From Salegentibacter sp. (GTDB lineage: Bacteria > Bacteroidota > Bacteroidia > Flavobacteriales > Flavobacteriaceae), in the NCBI GenBank assembly GCA_049589035.1, contig JBAWAB010000142.1, positions 1 to 43,599 on the forward strand: a DNA stretch of 43,599 bases. Reading direction: 5' to 3'. The position numbers and the translations under genes were made by a program. Position 1 is the first letter of the stretch; each line of letters starts with the position of its first letter. Of the stretch, positions 37,670 through 43,599 are shown piece by piece. The notes beneath the pieces are model-generated. The model was not told the DNA's origin. It did not search any database and saw only the letters and a list, made by a program, of their open reading frames with translations.

Positions 37670-39070
37670 ATGAAAAGCAGCCGAATATATTCATTCCTGA
37701 TCTTAGCCGTTACGCCGCTTCTCCTTGTAAGCTGTTTCGCGGCCAAAGAATATGAACGTCCCGATGTGGTAAAGACCGAAAATTACAGAACCGATCTGCT
37801 CCCACAGGACAGCCTCAATATGGCTGAAGTTTCCTGGAGGGAGATGTTTACCGATCCCAGGCTTCAGTCCTATATAGAGGAAGGGCTGGAAAACAATATC
37901 GACATCAGGATCGCAATTCAGCAGATGCTGGCCGCCGAAGCTTATGTGAAGCAGGGAAAAGCCGGTTATCTGCCGACACTCGACCTCGGCGCGAATGTGA
38001 ACCACCAGATCCTGTCAAAGAATAGCCAGTTTGGTTCTTTTTTCAACGGAAATATTACACAATACGACGTGACCGGTAACCTTTCCTGGGAAGCAGACAT
38101 CTGGGGCAAGATTCGCAGTAATAAAAGGGCTCTGCAGGCCGATTACCTGCAAACTGTTGCAGCGCATAAAGCTGTAAAGACCCGCCTGATCGCCAATATC
38201 GCCATCACCTATTACCAGTTGCTGATGTTGGATGAGCAAAAGCGCATCACTCTTGAAACCATAAATACCCGCAGCAAAAGCCTGGAAACCACCAAGGCTC
38301 TAAAGGAGGCGGGGAATGTAACTGAAGTGGGCGTACAGCAAACCGAAGCGCAGTTATACTCTGCTCAATCCCTTTTGATCGACATTAACAATGAGATCAG
38401 GCTCCTGGAGAACAGTTTTTCTATCCTGCTCGGTACCGCGCCTCAGCAGATCGACCGTGGGGAGCTGCAGGATCAGGAGATCAGCACTCCGCTTCACACG
38501 GGTGTTCCTGCGCAGCTTTTAAGAAACCGACCTGATGTAATCGCAGCCGAATACAACCTGGTAAACGCCTTTGAACTAACCAATGTTGCGAAAAGCAACT
38601 TCTATCCTTCGCTGGTACTTTCGGCATCTGGCGGATTCCAAAGCCTTGACCTGAAAGACCTGTTCAACGCGAACTCGCTTTTTGCCAATCTGGCCGGCTC
38701 CCTTGCTGAACCCATTCTTCAGGGAAGAAGGATCAGGACCCAATATGAGGCTGCACAGGCGAGACAGCAGGAAGCTTTGCTCAATTTCAGGCAATCGATC
38801 CTCACCGCGGGAAAAGAAGTTTCGGACGCGCTCTACAACTACCAGGCGAGCACCGACCAAATAGAAGTGAAAACCAAAGAATTTGGGGCCTATCAAAAAG
38901 CTTCGGACTATTCCCAGGAACTGTTGAACAACGGTCTGGCGAATTACCTGGAAGTATTAACCGCACGCGAGAATGCACTCAATTCAAGATTAAGGCTTAT
39001 TAACGCCGAATTCAATCAGTTGAAATCAATAGTAGAGCTGTATGAAGCCCTTGGCGGTGGATGGCAATAG
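37670..39070 (+). CDS. RND outer membrane factor lipoprotein (NodT/OprM-like)
   Basis: Lipobox LVSC; WEADIWG; RPDVIAAE; LYEALGGGW; start moved to ATG 37670. Confidence 0.93.
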   Translation: MKSSRIYSFLILAVTPLLLVSCFAAKEYERPDVVKTENYRTDLLPQDSLNMAEVSWREMFTDPRLQSYIEEGLENNIDIRIAIQQMLAAEAYVKQGKAGYLPTLDLGANVNHQILSKNSQFGSFFNGNITQYDVTGNLSWEADIWGKIRSNKRALQADYLQTVAAHKAVKTRLIANIAITYYQLLMLDEQKRITLETINTRSKSLETTKALKEAGNVTEVGVQQTEAQLYSAQSLLIDINNEIRLLENSFSILLGTAPQQIDRGELQDQEISTPLHTGVPAQLLRNRPDVIAAEYNLVNAFELTNVAKSNFYPSLVLSASGGFQSLDLKDLFNANSLFANLAGSLAEPILQGRRIRTQYEAAQARQQEALLNFRQSILTAGKEVSDALYNYQASTDQIEVKTKEFGAYQKASDYSQELLNNGLANYLEVLTARENALNSRLRLINAEFNQLKSIVELYEALGGGWQ

Positions 39071-39099
39071 TTGGTTTACGTTTGTTAATTGTTGAAGGG

Positions 39100-39139
39100 A
39101 ACAGCCCCGGCCTTTGTTAAAGCCGGGGCTGTTTTGTTT
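39100..39139 (+). terminator. Intrinsic terminator of the efflux operon
   Basis: aacagccccggc...gccggggctgttttgttt. Confidence 0.85.
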
Positions 39140-39213
39140 CGGGCATTCTTTAAGAAAACCTTGTATGCCTTCCTTTTCGGAATTCCTTATTTTAAGAAGG
39201 TAAAGGAGGAGAA

Positions 39214-40020
39214 ATGAACACAGAAATGCGCAAAAAGAGGAATGCCTTCGGAAAAGCTGTTTTCCTCTCTTCCATCGCGGCTTTTGGTGGCTGGCTCCTT
39301 AGCCGAAAAATCAGAAGGAACAACCAGCATTCCGCTTCCATTAGCAAAAAATTGAGGTATGACAGAAAGAGCCTTGGCGGCGGTTTCAAAAAGACCTACG
39401 CACGGCCATTACACTGGCAAAAGAAGGAAATGATGGCTGCTTTGCTGATCTTTTCGGGAGTTGCTGTTTTGTTCAGTTTTGATGAAGAGTTCAGCCGCTG
39501 GTTCAGGAAACAGGAAAAATATATTCCGCAACCTGTGAAGGATTTTGGCTGGTATTACGGCAGCCCGGAGATCAATTACCCGCTCAACCTGGCTCTGTAT
39601 CTCTTCGGAATCATGACCGAAAACGAAAGCTTCAGGCGCACCGGAATTCGCCTATTGACCGCAGCCTCTGCAGCCGGACTTGTCCAGACCATCAGCAAAA
39701 AAACCATCGGCAGGGCCAGACCCTACAAAGAAGAAGGCAAAGCCAGTTTTCAGCCGTTTACGAATAAGCAGAATTATTACAGTTTTCCGTCAGGTCATTC
39801 CATCCTTTCCTTTACAACCGGCTACGCCATCAGCAAAGATTTTTCAGATCCCTCTGTGAAAATGGCAATTATGGGTATTGCTTCCATTGCTCCGGCTTCT
39901 CGGCTTTGGGCGGGTGCTCACTGGTTGACCGATGTATACCTGAGCCTGGCGCTTAGCCTTTCCGCAGTAGAAAGCGTAGATTCCTATCTGAACAACGAAA
40001 GGAACTACTTAGAAGAATAA
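39214..40020 (+). CDS. PAP2 family phosphatase
   Basis: KKTIGRARP, SFPSGH, SRLWAGAHWLTD. Confidence 0.9.
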   Translation: MNTEMRKKRNAFGKAVFLSSIAAFGGWLLSRKIRRNNQHSASISKKLRYDRKSLGGGFKKTYARPLHWQKKEMMAALLIFSGVAVLFSFDEEFSRWFRKQEKYIPQPVKDFGWYYGSPEINYPLNLALYLFGIMTENESFRRTGIRLLTAASAAGLVQTISKKTIGRARPYKEEGKASFQPFTNKQNYYSFPSGHSILSFTTGYAISKDFSDPSVKMAIMGIASIAPASRLWAGAHWLTDVYLSLALSLSAVESVDSYLNNERNYLEE

Positions 40021-40080
40021 AAAAAGATCAATGGGTGGGAGACCAAAATCATTGGACACCTAGAATTCAGGAGCAGCGTT

Positions 40081-40587
40081 CTAATTTAATTTACCACCTT
40101 TAGCTGCCCACCAGGGATGAACCTCCACTTCGAGTCTACCCGACTTTACCATGGGATCAAGCTTAGCAAGACTGTCGGCTTCTTGTTGAGTGGGAGTATT
40201 ATAAACTACAATTCCTCTTATTTCGCCATCATCTCCAAAGGGGCCAATTAAGCTGGCATAGCCTTCCCGGGCCATTCGTCCCAGATGTTCCAGATGCTTT
40301 TTCTGAAGTTGTGCAGCCTCTGCGGAATCCTGGCTGCGGATTTTTCCGGCTTTCAGGAAAACCATATAATATTGCTGCATCAGGAAGGTAGTGTCGCCCT
40401 CATTATAGATGAAAGTTTGATAACCTTGTTTCATTAATTCTTCCGACCTGCTTTTAAGATCGGGCAGCGAATCCTGAATTTCGGCTTCCTCCTTTCCCTT
40501 TGCGGGTATCTCTTTGGATTTTGTTACGGGTTGGTCACAGCCAGTTAAGAGCAGGGCCATACCCAGAATTCTAAATCGGTTACTCAT
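40081..40587 (-). CDS. YciI family lipoprotein
   Basis: Lipobox LTGC; HLEHL, GPF, DPMVKSG. Confidence 0.8.
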   Translation of the reverse strand: MSNRFRILGMALLLTGCDQPVTKSKEIPAKGKEEAEIQDSLPDLKSRSEELMKQGYQTFIYNEGDTTFLMQQYYMVFLKAGKIRSQDSAEAAQLQKKHLEHLGRMAREGYASLIGPFGDDGEIRGIVVYNTPTQQEADSLAKLDPMVKSGRLEVEVHPWWAAKGGKLN

Positions 40588-41066
40588 AACGCTTCTTTTT
40601 TCCAGTCTTTGTATGGATACTTGCTCAATTGTGAATTGTAATAGCGTTTGTCTCCGGTTACTTCTTCACCTAACCAGTCGGGTCTTTCAAATTCTTCCTC
40701 CTCCGAATTCAGTTCGACTTCAGCAAGAATAAGCCCCTCATTATCCCCGCAGAATTCGTCCACTTCAAAGGTGTGATCGCCCAACTCCACCTCATACCTG
40801 ATCTTTTCAATGACTCCGGGCTCACAAAGTGCAATGAGAGCTTCAGCTTCTTCAGGGTCAATCTCTTTTTCCCATTCAAACCTGCTCATGCCACTATCAT
40901 TAGAAATTCCTTTAACGGTAATAAAAGCCCTGTCCCCTTTGGTGCGCACCCGAACGGCACGCTCAGGATCTGAATTCAAATAACCCTGCAGGATCTTCGT
41001 CTTTCCTGAAGCCTCATCTTTAAAGACATCGGATAAGACGAGGAATTTCTTTTCAATTTCAGTCAT
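40584..41066 (-). CDS. CYTH domain (triphosphate tunnel metalloenzyme) protein
   Basis: EIEKKFLV, QGYL, VRVR, RFEWE, LAEVEL, EEVTGD. Confidence 0.92.
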   Translation of the reverse strand: MTEIEKKFLVLSDVFKDEASGKTKILQGYLNSDPERAVRVRTKGDRAFITVKGISNDSGMSRFEWEKEIDPEEAEALIALCEPGVIEKIRYEVELGDHTFEVDEFCGDNEGLILAEVELNSEEEEFERPDWLGEEVTGDKRYYNSQLSKYPYKDWKKEAL

Positions 41067-41745
41067 GGTAGTAGTTCTTCAGATCGGCTTCTTCTGCAAG
41101 TTCCTGAATTTTGTCAGATTCAATGATCTTTTTTCCGTAGCCTTCATTGGCTGCAAAGATCATAGCTTTGGCGATAGTTTCAGGATGAATAGAGCGATAT
41201 TTTTTCAGGGAACCTGTCAAAACCTTGTCGAGAAGTTTCATTCCGCCTTTTGCCACTCCCTCAAAAAGTCGTTTTTCATCGCGATCTCCGGCAATAAGCG
41301 ATGGTCTCAGAATATACGTATGTTCAACATTGGTCGCACGCACATCGCGTTCCATCTCACCCTTTGTTCGGTTGTAGAACATCCGGCTATTGGCATCGGC
41401 GCCCATAGCTGACATGACCACGAAGGTGGGAATTCCATTTTCCGCAGCCAGTTTAGCGGCAGTAACGGGAATTCCGTAGTCGATCATCCTGTATGTATTC
41501 TCGTCGGGAGTTTTCTTTTTGGTTGTTCCGATACAGCAATAGACCTCATCGGCCCGGAACTTTTCCTTTTCATTTTTCAACCAAAAAAGATCGATCAGGT
41601 GCTCCTCGATCTTTGGGTTGACAATTCCCGTAGTACTGCGCGAGAAGAGAATAAGCTTTTCGTAACGTTCATCGTTCAATAAGCGGTGCAACAGAATATT
41701 TCCAGTAAGTCCTGTTGCTCCCAATAAAATAGCCGTTTTCTTCAT
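41059..41745 (-). CDS. NAD(P)H-binding atypical SDR (YraR/TIP30-like)
   Basis: GATGLTG, CCIGTT, FYNRTKG, LRPSL; start moved to ATG 41745. Confidence 0.88.
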   Translation of the reverse strand: MKKTAILLGATGLTGNILLHRLLNDERYEKLILFSRSTTGIVNPKIEEHLIDLFWLKNEKEKFRADEVYCCIGTTKKKTPDENTYRMIDYGIPVTAAKLAAENGIPTFVVMSAMGADANSRMFYNRTKGEMERDVRATNVEHTYILRPSLIAGDRDEKRLFEGVAKGGMKLLDKVLTGSLKKYRSIHPETIAKAMIFAANEGYGKKIIESDKIQELAEEADLKNYYHD

Positions 41746-41837
41746 AATTTCAGGATTTAAAATGCAAGACCTACTCAAATATAAGTCTTTCCGGGCCACT
41801 TTTGAGTTAAGGAAAAGGTAAGGCCCGGCCGTTTGTG

Positions 41838-41845
41838 TAAATTTG
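41838..41845 (+). promoter_or_regulatory. -7 element (TAAATTTG) for dinB
   Basis: Exact match 4 nt before the ATG. Confidence 0.65.
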
Positions 41846-41849
41846 CAGC

Positions 41850-42941
41850 ATGCAACAGCTCCGCAAGATCATACATGTAGATATGGACGCTTTCTATGCC
41901 TCGGTAGAGCAGCTCGACAATCCCGAATTACGCGGAAAAGCCATTGCCGTGGGCGGAAGCTCCCAACGTGGCGTTGTGAGTGCCGCAAGCTATGAGGCGC
42001 GTAAATTTGGAGTAAAAAGTGCCATGAGCAGCGTCATTGCAAAGCGCAACTGTCCGCATCTTATCTTTGTGAAGCCAAGGTTTGAGCGTTACCGCGAAAT
42101 TTCACAGCGCATCCGGAGCATTTTCCTGGAATATACCGATCTCGTGGAACCGCTCTCCCTGGACGAGGCTTACCTCGACGTGACCGAAAATAAAAAAGGA
42201 AATCCCAGCGCCACACTCGTTGCCAGGGAAATCCGTGCAAAGATCAAAGAGAAAACCGGCCTGAATGCTTCAGCCGGAATTTCTATCAATAAATTCATTG
42301 CCAAGGTTGCCAGCGATTACAACAAACCCAATGGCCAGAAGACGGTAAACCCCGAAGAAGTAGAGGAATTTCTCGAAAAGCTCGAGATCAGGAAATTTCA
42401 TGGCGTGGGAAAAGTGACGGCGGAAAAAATGTACAGATTCGGTATTTTTACCGGTGAAGATCTGAAGGCAAAAAGTCTGGATTTTCTCAACGAAAACTTC
42501 GGAAAAAGTGGCGAATATTATTACAATGTCGTCCGCGGAATTCATTTAAGCGAAGTAAAGCCCAACCGCATCAGAAAATCGCTTGGTGCCGAAAGAACCT
42601 TCAATGAGAATATTTCTTCCGAAGTATTTATGCTGGAAAGGCTGGAAAATATCGCCGAGGAAATTGAACGCCGCCTCAAGAAGAGCAAGGTGGCCGGAAA
42701 GACAGTCACCCTGAAGATCAAATATAGCGATTTTACCCTCCAGACCCGCAGTAAAACCATCTCCTATTATATCTCGAGTAAAGAACTGATCCTGGAAATT
42801 GCACAGGAATTGCTGTACCAGGAAAAGATGAAGGATTCGGTGAGATTGCTGGGAATTTCACTTTCCAATCTCAATACCGATAAAGCAGCGCAAAAAGAAG
42901 AAAAAAAGGAGATTATCGTGCAGCTGAAGTTTGAATTCTGA
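41850..42941 (+). CDS. dinB: DNA polymerase IV
   Basis: HVDMDAFYASVE, SYEARKFG, SLDEAYLD, RKSLGAE. Confidence 0.97.
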   Translation: MQQLRKIIHVDMDAFYASVEQLDNPELRGKAIAVGGSSQRGVVSAASYEARKFGVKSAMSSVIAKRNCPHLIFVKPRFERYREISQRIRSIFLEYTDLVEPLSLDEAYLDVTENKKGNPSATLVAREIRAKIKEKTGLNASAGISINKFIAKVASDYNKPNGQKTVNPEEVEEFLEKLEIRKFHGVGKVTAEKMYRFGIFTGEDLKAKSLDFLNENFGKSGEYYYNVVRGIHLSEVKPNRIRKSLGAERTFNENISSEVFMLERLENIAEEIERRLKKSKVAGKTVTLKIKYSDFTLQTRSKTISYYISSKELILEIAQELLYQEKMKDSVRLLGISLSNLNTDKAAQKEEKKEIIVQLKFEF

Positions 42942-42943
42942 AG

Positions 42944-42977
42944 AAAAAAGAAGCCACGAATAAGAATCCGTGGCTTC
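42944..42977 (-). terminator. Terminator between convergent dinB and pyk
   Basis: gaagccacg...cgtggcttc stem followed by a minus-strand U-run. Confidence 0.7.
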
Positions 42978-43003
42978 AGAAAAATAATGGAAGGGTAATA
43001 TTC

Positions 43004-43599
43004 TTAATGAATTTCAGAAACGCGCAGGGTATTTACCATTCCCTTTTCAGAAATAGGCATTGCGGCCAGGTTGATCACAAAATCTCCCTGAACAACATAA
43101 TCTACTTCCTTAGCAATCCTGTTAATGTCATCGATCGTATCGTCGGTACTTACAAACTTGTCGTAATGGAAGGCTTTCACTCCCCAAAGCAGACTCAACT
43201 GAGATAGAATCCTGTTATTAGAGGTGAACACAAGAATGTGCGATTCAGGCCTCCATGCAGAGATCTGGAAAGCTGTGTAACCACTATTGGTAAGGGTACA
43301 AATTGCTTTCGCCTTAATTTCGTTGGCCATGTGTGCCGCGTGGTAACAAACAGCCTTTGTGATGTATCTTTTGGTACGAACGTGTGGTGGGTCGTGTGGT
43401 ACCTTGATAAGAGGTGAATTCTCAACACTTTCAAGAATCTGGCACATTTTCTCGATCACCTGAACGGGATACTGCCCCACTGAAGTTTCTCCACTCAACA
43501 TTACGGCATCGGCACCGTCCATTACCGAGTTTGCTACATCGTTCACCTCTGCCCTGGTTGGGGTAAGGCTGGTGATCATAGTTTCCATCATTTGAGTGG
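43004..43599 (-). CDS. pyk: Pyruvate kinase, C-terminal part (5'-truncated by window edge)
   Basis: TQMMETM...PTRAEVNDVANSVMDGADAVMLSGET. Confidence 0.96.
   Translation of the reverse strand, partial: TQMMETMITSLTPTRAEVNDVANSVMDGADAVMLSGETSVGQYPVQVIEKMCQILESVENSPLIKVPHDPPHVRTKRYITKAVCYHAAHMANEIKAKAICTLTNSGYTAFQISAWRPESHILVFTSNNRILSQLSLLWGVKAFHYDKFVSTDDTIDDINRIAKEVDYVVQGDFVINLAAMPISEKGMVNTLRVSEIH

Noticed and set aside
39071..39099. U/G-rich tract before the efflux terminator, similar to the candidate sRNA seed
   Set aside because: Too short and low in complexity to support a 3' UTR-derived sRNA from sequence alone

Overview
A gene-dense, mostly core-chromosome segment from a Bacteroidota bacterium, most likely Flavobacteriaceae. 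This assignment is inferred from TAnnTTTG promoter motifs, mostly Shine-Dalgarno-free starts, pheS without pheT, and the moxR-bat operon. Contents in order: partial alpha/beta hydrolase, DUF1206, yicC-gmk-nadD, a BON-LysM (Kbp-like) gene, gpsA, pheS, a CREST/ceramidase-like membrane protein, cvpA, a small leader-like ORF plus SulP and beta-carbonic anhydrase, the moxR-DUF58-batABCDE operon, a DUF4382 lipoprotein, an SDR, an AlbA_2/Schlafen-like protein coupled to a metallophosphoesterase, a soluble acyl-ACP desaturase, TMEM175, ALDH7, 3-hydroxyanthranilate dioxygenase, isoaspartyl peptidase, outer-membrane phospholipase A, a GbsR/MarR-regulated RND efflux operon, PAP2, YciI, CYTH, dinB and partial pyk. 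I saw no prophage, intact transposase, CRISPR, rRNA or tRNA. The most interesting signals lie outside the ORF track or in small genes: a candidate sRNA (about 4290-4392, minus strand), a candidate Pro-terminated regulatory leader peptide ahead of sulP-can, a decayed ParD-like antitoxin with its putative operator, MITE/REP-like elements (one supplies a gene's stop codon), heptamer arrays, and apparently leaderless genes. All family calls come from motif recognition by eye, not database searches.
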